DNA of 64,000 bases from Vulcanimicrobiota bacterium (GCA_050250895.1 JBFWNU010000001.1:455998-519997), one strand, 5' to 3'. Numbered from the stretch's first letter, positions 8,908-17,965 are shown. The notes: generated from the sequence alone by a model not told the origin. Numbers and translations are program-made.

Positions 8908-10607
8908 GAAACAGACGCTTAGCCCTGATCCTGCTCCCCATCCTGGTCCTCGCGCTCCCGGTCTCGGGTCAGCAATTACCGGACCCAAGCGCAGAGCGCA
9001 TTCGTCTCGGCGAATCCGAGGTCGTCTCCTTCGTCCCTGGCGCTCGCCGAGAGAAGACCGTAGCTGTTGCAATGGGCCTACGCCCCCAAAATGAATGGCC
9101 ATCGCCTGACGACTTTGCACAAACCTATTTCGGCTTAGAAGACCACTACATCACCCCTGGCGGCAAGAGATTGACACTTCTCTATGGCGTGTTTGAGTCC
9201 AAGAGGGACGCTGCTGATGCCCTGCGTTATATAGGGGGGCTTCGAAACGGAATCTTGCCGACCGATGTGGCTGACCCTGTGGGTGACCTCGCCGAAGGTG
9301 TGAGCAGGAGCTACGTTTTTGTTCTTGACCGCGGGATATGCGGGTTGGAGCAATCATCCGTCAGCGAGAACGACGCAATAAACCTCAAGCCGATCGCCCT
9401 CGCAGTAGCCAACAAGATGGCGGCCGCGGGCATGCAGGCTGCCCCACCCTTCATCTTGCAAACGACTGCTGTATCAGACACTGCTGGCCCAAACAGCCAT
9501 GTAGTGCTTGATTGTTCAGCCATTACTGATCCCTCCTGGCAGCCCGTCGAATTTGCGGTGAGTATTACTGCCAGCATTGAGCGATTGCCGCTCGAGCTCT
9601 ATCACTTCTTCAAGACGGAAGCCCCAGACGGAATGTGCCACTTCGAATGGGATGGACGCGATCCCGAAGGATTCTTGGTGCCTCCCGGCCAGTACCTCCT
9701 GAGCCTAAGCGCTACGGATAACCTCGGTCGCTCCAAACTCGTTCGCGTCCCGATTACGGTTGCAGCGGGCACGCCGAGCTCGCTTACCATCCCGCCATCG
9801 AAGGACTCCACTCTCCGCTCGGCCGATCCGCACCAAAATGAAGGAGCCAACCCGCAACTGGTCCTGAGCCATATGCCGGAACGACGCGGTCGAGCCAACA
9901 ACCCCATCGTAGCTTTCGATCTTTCCCAGGTGGAGCTGGCCGGTCTCACCCGGGCCACCCTGGCCCTCGATGTGCGCGAGTGTAGCTTGCCGCGCTTTTG
10001 GGGACCCGACGGACGCTATCTCCAGGCCCAGCGCATCCTGTCACCCTGGGTCGAGGGCAACGGAAAGGACTTGCTGCTCTTGCCGCGGCATAGTTCGCGC
10101 GGTAACGGCCAGGGAGCCACCTGGTTCTCCCCCATCGACAACGACATCTCCAACACCGGACCCAATGGGTCCGAGCAATGGCAGGGCGCGCGTTTGGCCT
10201 TGGCGCCGCCGACCGCCCCATCGGTTCTGGTGGTCAACGGCCAGACCGGTGTGGTCGAATTCGACGTGACCCAGGACGTACTTAACGGCGCGGCCCACGG
10301 CTGGCTCGTGCGCAAGCAAGACGAGAGCCGCTTCGGGAACATCCGCTTCTCCTCCAAGGAAGGCGACAGCCCGCCTCGCCTGCTGCTCGAATACGGCAGT
10401 CCGCAAGCCCATCACTCGGCGGGGCTGGCTGCTCTGACACCTGCCCGCCTGGTAGCCAATCCGCTCGGGTTGGAGGGTCAGACGACTCGACGGTCAGCCC
10501 TTGCACTAATGGGTGGAGATGTCCTGACCGCGTTGCTCGACGGAAATCCCTTTGCGGGAGCGATGTTTCGCCTGATACGGGTGACCTGGCAAGCGAACCT
10601 GGTTTAA
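8904..10607 (+). CDS. Secreted protein with FlgD-Ig and DNRLRE-like domains
   Basis: Signal peptide; WDGRDPEGFLVPPGQY...ATDNLG; KDSTLRS..P.QNEG, FDVTQDV, FSSKEG..PRLLLEY; start overlaps upstream stop (ATGA). Confidence 0.75.
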   Translation: MRNRRLALILLPILVLALPVSGQQLPDPSAERIRLGESEVVSFVPGARREKTVAVAMGLRPQNEWPSPDDFAQTYFGLEDHYITPGGKRLTLLYGVFESKRDAADALRYIGGLRNGILPTDVADPVGDLAEGVSRSYVFVLDRGICGLEQSSVSENDAINLKPIALAVANKMAAAGMQAAPPFILQTTAVSDTAGPNSHVVLDCSAITDPSWQPVEFAVSITASIERLPLELYHFFKTEAPDGMCHFEWDGRDPEGFLVPPGQYLLSLSATDNLGRSKLVRVPITVAAGTPSSLTIPPSKDSTLRSADPHQNEGANPQLVLSHMPERRGRANNPIVAFDLSQVELAGLTRATLALDVRECSLPRFWGPDGRYLQAQRILSPWVEGNGKDLLLLPRHSSRGNGQGATWFSPIDNDISNTGPNGSEQWQGARLALAPPTAPSVLVVNGQTGVVEFDVTQDVLNGAAHGWLVRKQDESRFGNIRFSSKEGDSPPRLLLEYGSPQAHHSAGLAALTPARLVANPLGLEGQTTRRSALALMGGDVLTALLDGNPFAGAMFRLIRVTWQANLV

Positions 10608-10679
10608 TCGGCCTCCGCGCATCCGCCGTGAATCTTCTTACCCGAGGCGAGCCGGAAACGCGTTAGCATCGTTTCCGAA

Positions 10680-10707
10680 CTACCGTCTACCGTCTTCCGA
10701 CTACCGT
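10680..10707. repeat. Short heptamer repeat (CTACCGT)x4, imperfect
   Basis: ctaccgt ctaccgt cttccga ctaccgt. Confidence 0.55.
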
Positions 10708-10722
10708 CTGTCTGCCCCCGAC

Positions 10723-10751
10723 TTGACGGGCCATGGTCACGCTCCTATAAT
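10723..10751 (+). promoter_or_regulatory. Sigma70-type promoter of the glycosylation operon
   Basis: TTGACG-17 bp-TATAAT. Confidence 0.8.
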
Positions 10752-10839
10752 AGCCTGAACTTTTCGCCATCCTCCTGGGTGGAGGAATGTCAATCCCCTG
10801 CGAGAATGCACGCGCAGAATTTACAGCTTGGATGTAGTT

Positions 10840-11613
10840 ATGGTTTCGCTCACACTCGTCGTTCCAGTCCTCAACGAAGAGATTCTGCTGGAGCGCTTTC
10901 TGGTAAAGACCCAGAATGACCTCAACGAGGCCAAGATCGACTGGGAACTGATGCTCGTCAACGACGGCAGCACCGACAACTCGCTGAAGATCATGAACGA
11001 CTTCGCCAGCGGCAAGTCCAACGTTCATGTCATCGACCTCGAGGGCAATCACGGCCCCGGCGCCAACCTCTATAAGGCCTACTCGATGGCCAGCAAGGAC
11101 GTGGTGGCCTACGCCACCGTCGACGGCTTCTATGACACCAAAGTCCTACCGTCGCTGCTGGTGCACTTCGAAGAAAACGACGCCGTCAGCGCCTACCGCA
11201 CCGATCTGGTGGCTCATCCAGGCTTTCGCAAGCTGCAGACGATGGTCAACGTCTACCTGCAGCGGGCCATGTTCCCCTACGAATTCAAGGCCGTGCACAC
11301 CCTGCAGATTCATCGGCGCGACTTCCTCCAGAGCGTGGGGCTCGAGTCGAAGACTCCCTTCCTGTGCTCCGAAATGCTATATAAGGCCACCGAGCTCGGC
11401 TTCAAGATCAAGGAAGTGGGCATCGAATATCTGCCGCGCCACGCTGGCAAAGCAACGGGCGGTAACCCCAAGCTGATCTACCGCACCATGGCGGACATCT
11501 TCTACTATTGGTTTAAATGGTTCGTGCTGCGACGCCCGATGGTCCCGGCCAACCTGGGACTACGGACGGGGGGGTTTCGGAACCTCCGCCCAGAACTGAC
11601 GAGGGCAGGCTAG
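10840..11613 (+). CDS. GT2 glycosyltransferase (polyprenol-phosphate glycosyltransferase/DPM1-like)
   Basis: LTLVVPVLNEE, VNDGSTDNS, N.GPG, KIKEVGIEY.PR..GK. Confidence 0.9.
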   Translation: MVSLTLVVPVLNEEILLERFLVKTQNDLNEAKIDWELMLVNDGSTDNSLKIMNDFASGKSNVHVIDLEGNHGPGANLYKAYSMASKDVVAYATVDGFYDTKVLPSLLVHFEENDAVSAYRTDLVAHPGFRKLQTMVNVYLQRAMFPYEFKAVHTLQIHRRDFLQSVGLESKTPFLCSEMLYKATELGFKIKEVGIEYLPRHAGKATGGNPKLIYRTMADIFYYWFKWFVLRRPMVPANLGLRTGGFRNLRPELTRAG

Positions 11614-11617
11614 ACTA

Positions 11618-12910
11618 ATGGATGTCCGTGACAGGGCGCTACTCGACCTACAGCGCGTACTCGATGTCAAACCGCCCGTCCGGCCGCGCTTTGACCCTCA
11701 AGAAGCCCGCTACCTCGACTTCAAGACCCGCGTCGGCAAGCTACTTAAAGAAGCTCTGGGCGACGGTGCTCAGGCTTTCCTCGAGCATTACTTCCTAGAA
11801 TTCTTGCCGGTCTTGATCCGGGCCGCCGGCGAGCATGAGAAGCTTCACGAGATCGAGTGCGAGCAGCAGTTTCAAGAGATCAACGAGGTCTTTGACAAGG
11901 ACCTGCACAATCTCTCGCATTCGCCCATGATCTTCCCCCTCAACCGCCAGGTCTTCCGCCTGGTGGCTCCGGCCTCGCCGGCCCTGGATCTTGGCATCGG
12001 CCAGGGCCAGAACTCCCAGTTCACCCTGGGCGGGCGTCCCCTCGACGTGGGCGCCGACATCATGGTCAGCAATCTGATCAAGGCCCGCCAGCGCAAGTGC
12101 CACAAGTCGTTCGTGGCCATGGACATGGGCAACATCCCCTTTGCCAACGAGACCTTCCAGCGCGTCTACGCCCTCAACTGCCTTTACCACGTGCAGATGG
12201 GCCGGCGCAAAGCGCTCGAGGAAATCTCGCGGGTGCTGGCTCCGGGTGGGCAGGTCGCTCTGACCGACATCAGCCCTTTCCTCACCGATATGAAGCCGTT
12301 GCGCCAGTTCTTCGAAAGCCTCGGCTTCGGCCAACTGGGAGCCGAGTTCAGCCGCTACTTCCTGAGCGGATTCGGCGCCGACGGCACTCCCGGCGAGAAA
12401 GAGTTCTACACCGAAACCCTGATGGAACTTGGCTTCGAGAACATCACGGCCCGCTATCTGCTCAGCCCCCGGCTGACCCAGCTGTCGTATCTGTTCTATG
12501 ACTGGCAGGCGCTGTTCAATCTCAACGCCCAGTCCAAACTCGAGGGGGCCGAGGGGCTCAAGCGCCTCAACGCCACCTATCGGCCCATGCTCAAGACGGT
12601 GGTGGCTCCCTTGATTCGCCTTGACGAAGAGTTGTGCTACCGCGAACAGTGCGGCGGCTACCTCTTCGTGACGGCCCAAAAGCGGGGCACGCCCGACCCC
12701 AAGAAGACCACCCGGTTCGTCTGGGACGAGCACCTTATCTGTCCCACCAGCGGCGCGCCGCTGACCAAAGAGGGCGAAACCTATGTCTGCCGCGAGTCCG
12801 ACCGGGCCTACCCGGTGGTCGATGGCATTCCGCTGCTGACCGATTTCTACGCAGACAACGTCGAGATCCAGACGGCGGCCCCGGCCGAAGAGAAGAAAAC
12901 CAAGAAGTAA
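11618..12910 (+). CDS. Class I SAM methyltransferase with C-terminal Trm112-like domain
   Basis: LDLGIGQG, IPFANETF, RVLAPGG; C-terminal LICPTSGAPL...C....RAYPVVDGIPLL. Confidence 0.85.
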   Translation: MDVRDRALLDLQRVLDVKPPVRPRFDPQEARYLDFKTRVGKLLKEALGDGAQAFLEHYFLEFLPVLIRAAGEHEKLHEIECEQQFQEINEVFDKDLHNLSHSPMIFPLNRQVFRLVAPASPALDLGIGQGQNSQFTLGGRPLDVGADIMVSNLIKARQRKCHKSFVAMDMGNIPFANETFQRVYALNCLYHVQMGRRKALEEISRVLAPGGQVALTDISPFLTDMKPLRQFFESLGFGQLGAEFSRYFLSGFGADGTPGEKEFYTETLMELGFENITARYLLSPRLTQLSYLFYDWQALFNLNAQSKLEGAEGLKRLNATYRPMLKTVVAPLIRLDEELCYREQCGGYLFVTAQKRGTPDPKKTTRFVWDEHLICPTSGAPLTKEGETYVCRESDRAYPVVDGIPLLTDFYADNVEIQTAAPAEEKKTKK

Positions 12911-12919
12911 GCCGCGCCC

Positions 12920-13831
12920 ATGGATAACCTCGCGAGACAGATTGCCGAACAGCTTGAGTTCTCGCCGGTAGGGGCCTGTGCGGCTTGCGGAAGTGACCAC
13001 TTCGAGTCGGCCTACCGACGTCGCTTTCTAGGCCACGACTTCCACTGGTCTCGCTGCAACCATTGCCGTCTGGTCTTCCAAAATCCCAGCCTCAAGCCCA
13101 GCAGCCTCTGGGCCATCTATAACTCCGACTTCTACTGGCTCAAGGACGAGCGCTCCGAGCACGGCCATCGCATGGGCTATAAAGACTATGCCCGCGACGA
13201 GGCCTTTCGCCTCAAGCTCGGCCGCCAGCGCATTCGCGAGTTAAGCAAGTATCTCTCGCCGCGCTCGAGTCTGCTCGATATCGGCTGTGCTACGGGCTTT
13301 TTCCTCAAAGCCGCCCAGGAGTTGGGCTATGCCGCCCAGGGAGTCGAACTCTCGGCCGACATGGCCCGCTTCGGACGCCAACAGTACGGCGTCGACATCA
13401 CCATCGCCGACTTCTCTCAGTTCGAGCTGCCAGCCGCCAGCTTTGACGCCATCACCTTCTGGGGTTGCGACTCGAACTTCTACCAGCCGCCCTTTGCCCG
13501 GGTGCACGGGTTGCTCAAGCCGCGAGGCTACGTCTATTTCAACTTCTGGGACTTTGACCACCCCTTGCGGCCGCTCTTGCTGGGCGACAGCAAGATTCTC
13601 TACAACAGCCTGTTCTGCTTCAATCGCTACAACACCAGGCTACTGCTGGCTCAAGCGGGCTTTGAACTGCTCGAGATGACCAGCGAGTGGCGCTGGGTGC
13701 GCCTGGACTCGGCCCTGGCCCTGACCGGCCATAGCCGGCTGCGCAACCTGGCTCGCCGGCTGGGATTGGCCGATTCGGCCCTGTGGCTGCCCTGCCCGAC
13801 GGGCTATCTGGTGCTGGCCCGCAAGCGCTGA
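12920..13831 (+). CDS. Class I SAM methyltransferase with N-terminal Zn-binding motif
   Basis: CAAC...CNHC; LLDIGCATGFFL; GVELS; LLKPRG. Confidence 0.9.
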   Translation: MDNLARQIAEQLEFSPVGACAACGSDHFESAYRRRFLGHDFHWSRCNHCRLVFQNPSLKPSSLWAIYNSDFYWLKDERSEHGHRMGYKDYARDEAFRLKLGRQRIRELSKYLSPRSSLLDIGCATGFFLKAAQELGYAAQGVELSADMARFGRQQYGVDITIADFSQFELPAASFDAITFWGCDSNFYQPPFARVHGLLKPRGYVYFNFWDFDHPLRPLLLGDSKILYNSLFCFNRYNTRLLLAQAGFELLEMTSEWRWVRLDSALALTGHSRLRNLARRLGLADSALWLPCPTGYLVLARKR

Positions 13832-16410
13832 TGTCCTTTCTCTATCTAGCTTTTGCCTGTCTCTTCGGAGGCTTGCTAACCAGCCGCGCCCTCAAAGAGA
13901 CATCCTGGCTGCTGATTCTGGGAACGGCTCCGTTATTGGCCAGCGCGGCCATCGTGCAACTGGCAAATTGGGGCTGCCCGCGCAACCCGGCCGTGCTGCT
14001 GCTGGCGGTAGCTAGCCTGGGCCTGTGGTTCGTGCCCGCCGAAAAGCCCCAATGGCTACCGCTGACCCGCTTTGAAAAGGGCGCGCTCGGCTTGTTGCTG
14101 CTGTGCACCCTGGTCTACACCCACTATAGCGGAGTGCGGGTCTTCGACAGCGACCGCTATTTGCATGACAGCCACATCGTGGCCTTTCAACGGGGCATCT
14201 ATCCTCCCGTCAATCCGTTCTTTCCCGAGCTGGCCATGAACGGCCACTTCGGCCGCGATTTGCTGATGTCGGCCCTGACCGAGGACAAAGCCGACCCGGT
14301 CTTCACCGTGTGGTGGGTCAGCCCGTTCTTGCAAATCGGAGCCTTGCTCACCCTGTTTGCCTCGACCCGAGTTCTGACCGGTTCGCCCCGTAAAGGCCTG
14401 CTGGTGGCGGCCATGGTCTTCTACGGCATGGACTGCGGCTTTCGCGTCGGCCTGGTGGACACGTTCGACGGCTCGAACGCCCTGGCTTATCCCCATCTGG
14501 TGCTGCTCTTTCACCTGATGCACCGGGTGCTGGGCCCGAGCAAGTGGCCTACCTGGCTGGTGGCCGGCATCGTGCTGGGCAACTATCAGCTGTGCTATAT
14601 GACCAACTTCCCCCTCATGCTGGTCACCGGGTTGTGCCTGTTCGTGCTCAAAGCCCGCACCAAAGAGGCCTGGATCGGCCTGGTGGTGACCGCCGTTCTG
14701 GCCATGACCCTGGCCTTCACCGAGGGCGGAGCCTTCACCGATCTGGCCCGACGCGGCCTTCACCCCGAGCAGACCAAGGCCGTGCAGAACCAGGGCCTGC
14801 GCGTGACCCTGCAGTTTCCGAAAGAGCAGACCTTCAAGCTTTTGACCACCACGGCCGACTATTACCGCACCTCGGTGGCCTATCGCACCAGCCTGTTCAA
14901 GGGCCTCTACCGCCCGCCCCGCGGCTCGGGCTATCTCTACATCTGGGACCCGCGCCTGCTCACCACCCACTGGCTACCCCTCTATCTTGCCCCGCTCAGC
15001 CTGTGGCTGATTCGCAAATGCCCGCTGGGTTTGTCTTACTGGATCTTTGCCTTCATCTCGTTTATCATCCCGGGCCTGTTCTATTTCGGCCCCATCTTCG
15101 AATACGAGTATTTCCGCTGGGAGTACTCGGCCGCCTTCGGCTTTGCCGCCGCCCTGGGCCTGGGCTTGGGCGAGTGGCTCGAGGGCAACCCCATCCGCTT
15201 TGACCGCGAAAACCGCACGCTGAAGTTCGCCGAAGGCAGCAAGCGCTTCATCCTGGCGCTGCTGATTCTCTTCGCCAGCCTGCTGGCCGGCGAGAAGCTG
15301 CTCAACGACGCCATCATCGACTCACAGAAAAAGGGGTTCGTGTGGTTTCCTTCCACCCGCCAGTGGCGCCTCAACGAGCCCACCTTCCAGGTCACCGCCG
15401 ACGACCTCGACGCGGCCGCCTGGCTGCGCGAGCGCACCGAGCCGGGCTCGCGCATTCTGACCAACCGACTCGACGACTCGCCCACCGGCCTGTGGCCCGA
15501 CACGGTGGTGGCCATGCTGGCCGGCACCTTCCCCGCCGGCCACGCCTTTCCGCCCGAGACCGAGGGCATTCCCCACGGCAACCCGGCCTTTCACGCCAAC
15601 GAGTTCTACCGCGCCTTCTGGGCCACCGGCGACCTGACCGTGCTCGAAGACACCGGCGTGCGCTGGCTGGTGGCCGACCTCGACAAGCTCGACCCCAAAG
15701 TCCAGGAGAGCCTCGAAGGCCTCAACCACCAGGTCTTTGGCCGCCGGCTGGTGGCCGAGGTGCCCCCCGTCGAACCCTTCGACCCCAAGGCCCCCATCGC
15801 CGTCGAGGCGGTCGTCCCCCCCGACAACGCCGAGCTGCGCATCGGCCATCGCTATCCCCTGACGGTGCGCACCAACAACCCCGGCCAGCCCGGACGGGTG
15901 GTGCTCAAGCTCGACAAGCTGACCTCGGTGCCCCTGCGCTTCACCGTGCCCAGCGGCGACCACGAACTGGAGTGGTCGCTGGTCACGCCGCTTGACGAGG
16001 GGACCTATCACGCCAGCCTGCAGACCCTCGACGAGAAAGAGCTGGCCGGCTTCGACTTCACCATCGACTTCCTGGCTCGTCTGCAGGCCCTCGAGGCCAA
16101 AATCGAGTTTCCCCAGATGAAGGCCAACCGTTTCTATCGCCTCCAGGGCGAGTGGCTCTCGGCTCGGCCCATCCATTCCACCGGCGAGCTGCAGTTCTAC
16201 TACCGCTTCAAGCGACCCGATGGCGACTACGCCTGGGAGGTCGACTCCATCCCCCAGCCCACCGACCTGAACCTGCCCGAGCAACCGGCCCTCGACCTGC
16301 CGATCCTCACTCCGGACCTGCCCGGCAGCTATGAGCTAGAGTTCTGGTTCCTGGACCAGAGCCGCCGCCGGGTCAAACTCGACCAGAGCTTCCAGGTCAC
16401 CGTCGAGTAA
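13831..16410 (+). CDS. Polytopic membrane protein, GT-C-like (paralog 1), with C-terminal Ig-like domains
   Basis: Many TM segments; DSDRYLH..I..G.YPP.NPFF.EL..NGHFGRDLL; FGPIFEYEYFRWEY. Confidence 0.75.
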   Translation: MSFLYLAFACLFGGLLTSRALKETSWLLILGTAPLLASAAIVQLANWGCPRNPAVLLLAVASLGLWFVPAEKPQWLPLTRFEKGALGLLLLCTLVYTHYSGVRVFDSDRYLHDSHIVAFQRGIYPPVNPFFPELAMNGHFGRDLLMSALTEDKADPVFTVWWVSPFLQIGALLTLFASTRVLTGSPRKGLLVAAMVFYGMDCGFRVGLVDTFDGSNALAYPHLVLLFHLMHRVLGPSKWPTWLVAGIVLGNYQLCYMTNFPLMLVTGLCLFVLKARTKEAWIGLVVTAVLAMTLAFTEGGAFTDLARRGLHPEQTKAVQNQGLRVTLQFPKEQTFKLLTTTADYYRTSVAYRTSLFKGLYRPPRGSGYLYIWDPRLLTTHWLPLYLAPLSLWLIRKCPLGLSYWIFAFISFIIPGLFYFGPIFEYEYFRWEYSAAFGFAAALGLGLGEWLEGNPIRFDRENRTLKFAEGSKRFILALLILFASLLAGEKLLNDAIIDSQKKGFVWFPSTRQWRLNEPTFQVTADDLDAAAWLRERTEPGSRILTNRLDDSPTGLWPDTVVAMLAGTFPAGHAFPPETEGIPHGNPAFHANEFYRAFWATGDLTVLEDTGVRWLVADLDKLDPKVQESLEGLNHQVFGRRLVAEVPPVEPFDPKAPIAVEAVVPPDNAELRIGHRYPLTVRTNNPGQPGRVVLKLDKLTSVPLRFTVPSGDHELEWSLVTPLDEGTYHASLQTLDEKELAGFDFTIDFLARLQALEAKIEFPQMKANRFYRLQGEWLSARPIHSTGELQFYYRFKRPDGDYAWEVDSIPQPTDLNLPEQPALDLPILTPDLPGSYELEFWFLDQSRRRVKLDQSFQVTVE

Positions 16411-16454
16411 GCTGCCTGCCGATCGCCGCCCAGGCCATCCGCGGCCTCGCCGCG
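16365..16454 (+). repeat. 90-bp direct repeat, copy 1 (gene 3' end plus downstream DNA)
   Basis: Identical to 16988-17077 except for one base. Confidence 0.95.
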
Positions 16455-16575
16455 TGGCGAAGCACAGTTCGGTGTGGCTCGCCAGTGGGGCGCCTGAGAA
16501 ATAAACCGCGGAGACCAGGAGGGCACGGAGAGGCCTGTGGGAGGCGTGGCGTGAGCGTCCTGGCGACCACCGGGT

Positions 16576-16976
16576 GCCGTACCGCCGCCGTCAGCCTGGG
16601 TGGCTCGACCACGGTCGCGGGGCCGGCCGACTTCCGCACGGAAGAGCAACCTCGGCCGAGTACGGCGCTACCACGTGCCGAATCCGGCACCGCCTGGCGC
16701 CGTACCGCCGCCGGCAGCCTGGGTGGCTCGGCCACGATCGCGGGGCAAGCCGACTTCCGCACGGAAGAGCAACCTCGGCCGAGTACGGCGCTACCACGTG
16801 CCGAATCCGGCACCACCTGGCGCCGTACCGCCGCCGGCAGCCTGGGTGGCTCGACCACGGTCGCAGGGGCCGGCCGACTTCCGCACGGAAGAGCAACCTC
16901 GGCCGAGTACGGCGCTACCACGTGCCGAATCCGGCACCGCCTGGCGCCGTACCGCCGCCGGCAGCCTGGGTGGCTC
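16576..16976. repeat. Tandem array of 123/124-bp hairpin-rich units (3 full + partial)
   Basis: Units start at 16576, 16699, 16822, 16946; internal palindromes CTTCCG-CA-CGGAAG, CTCGGCCGAG, GTGCCG-AATC-CGGCAC. Confidence 0.95.
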
Positions 16977-16987
16977 CAATCCGGTCC

Positions 16988-17077
16988 CCGCCGGGTCAAA
17001 CTCGACCAGAGCTTCCAGGTCACCGTCGAGTAAGCTGCCTGCCGATCGCCGCCCAGGCCATCGGCGGCCTCGCCGCG
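16988..17077 (+). repeat. 90-bp direct repeat, copy 2
   Basis: ccgccgggtcaaactcgacc...gagtaagctgcc...cctcgccgcg. Confidence 0.95.
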
Positions 17078-17139
17078 CCAGGGTTACGACGCGAAGCGTC
17101 GAGTACCTCAAGAACTCGAGGTGAGCCTAAGCGAACCTC

Positions 17140-17298
17140 GCTCCCTTCTCACGAGCAAAGCGAGTGCTCCCCTCTCACGAGCAGAGCGAGTGCTCCCTTC
17201 TCACGAGCAAAGCGAGTGCTCCCTTCTCACGAGCAAAGCGAGTGCTCCCCTCTCACGAGCAGAGCGAGTGCTCCCTTCTCACGAGCAAAGCGAGTGCT
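17140..17298. repeat. 26-bp tandem repeat x6 (order A-B-A-A-B-A)
   Basis: A = gctcccttctcacgagcaaagcgagt; B = gctcccctctcacgagcagagcgagt. Confidence 0.95.
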
Positions 17299-17299
17299 G

Positions 17300-17965
17300 C
17301 TAGGCGACCGAGCGCAGCGCCGGAGCGGCGGCGGGGGGAAAGGTGAGCGAGAGGCGGGCTCCGCCGAGTTCGGACTCCTCCTGGTGAGCCGTCGCGCCAT
17401 GCTCGTTGAGAATCTCCTCGAGGCCGTAAAGGGTCGAGTGGCGGGTACTGTCGACGATCAGTACCGGGTGACCGTCGAGGTGATGGAGCTGAACCGAGAC
17501 CATGGCCGCCCCCAGGCCGCATTTTTCGCCGGCCCGCAGGATGACCTGAGAGAGTAGCTGGCGCAACTCATTGGTGACACCCTGGATCCGCAGGTCGGGG
17601 TCGACCTCGCAGACCAGGCTGGTGCAGCTTCGCTTGAGGGTGGGTCGAACCATGGCCACGGTCTCTTCCACCAGCATCGAAAGGTTGACCTCGGTGACCG
17701 CGTCGCGTTCCCGGCTAAAGTCGACCACCGCTTCCAGCAGGTCGCCAAGTTCGATCAGCATAGTGTTGGCATGCTCGAGGGCCGACTGCAAAGGCCCTTC
17801 CTCTTCGTCGAGCATCAGGCCGATGCGGTCGAGCGACAGGGTAGCTTTGCAAAGCCGATTACGGGCGTCGTGGACGAGCCCCTCCGACAGAAGTCCCAGC
17901 AACGAAAGCCTTTGCTGATGGCGTCCCGAGGTGAAATTGCCGTGTTTCGCTCCCATGGTGACCAA
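17300..17965 (-). CDS. Sensorless, degenerate histidine-kinase-like protein
   Basis: H-box-like GLVHDARNRL; LRQLLSQVILRA at the N-box position; G1/F boxes missing; GGARLSLTFP ending. Confidence 0.65.
   Translation of the reverse strand: MVTMGAKHGNFTSGRHQQRLSLLGLLSEGLVHDARNRLCKATLSLDRIGLMLDEEEGPLQSALEHANTMLIELGDLLEAVVDFSRERDAVTEVNLSMLVEETVAMVRPTLKRSCTSLVCEVDPDLRIQGVTNELRQLLSQVILRAGEKCGLGAAMVSVQLHHLDGHPVLIVDSTRHSTLYGLEEILNEHGATAHQEESELGGARLSLTFPPAAAPALRSVA

Noticed and set aside
17140-17298. CRISPR array
   Set aside because: Units are head-to-tail with no unique spacers and there are no cas genes; the same applies to 63791-64000 and the 123-bp array
17160-17298. GAGTGCT as CIRCE half-sites
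   Set aside because: No TTAGCACTC-N9-GAGTGCTAA inverted pair and no heat-shock gene nearby
16397-17557. Long ORFs on both strands across the repeat region
   Set aside because: They follow from a stop-poor GC-rich repeat; no clear RBS or domain, and the third unit shifts frame
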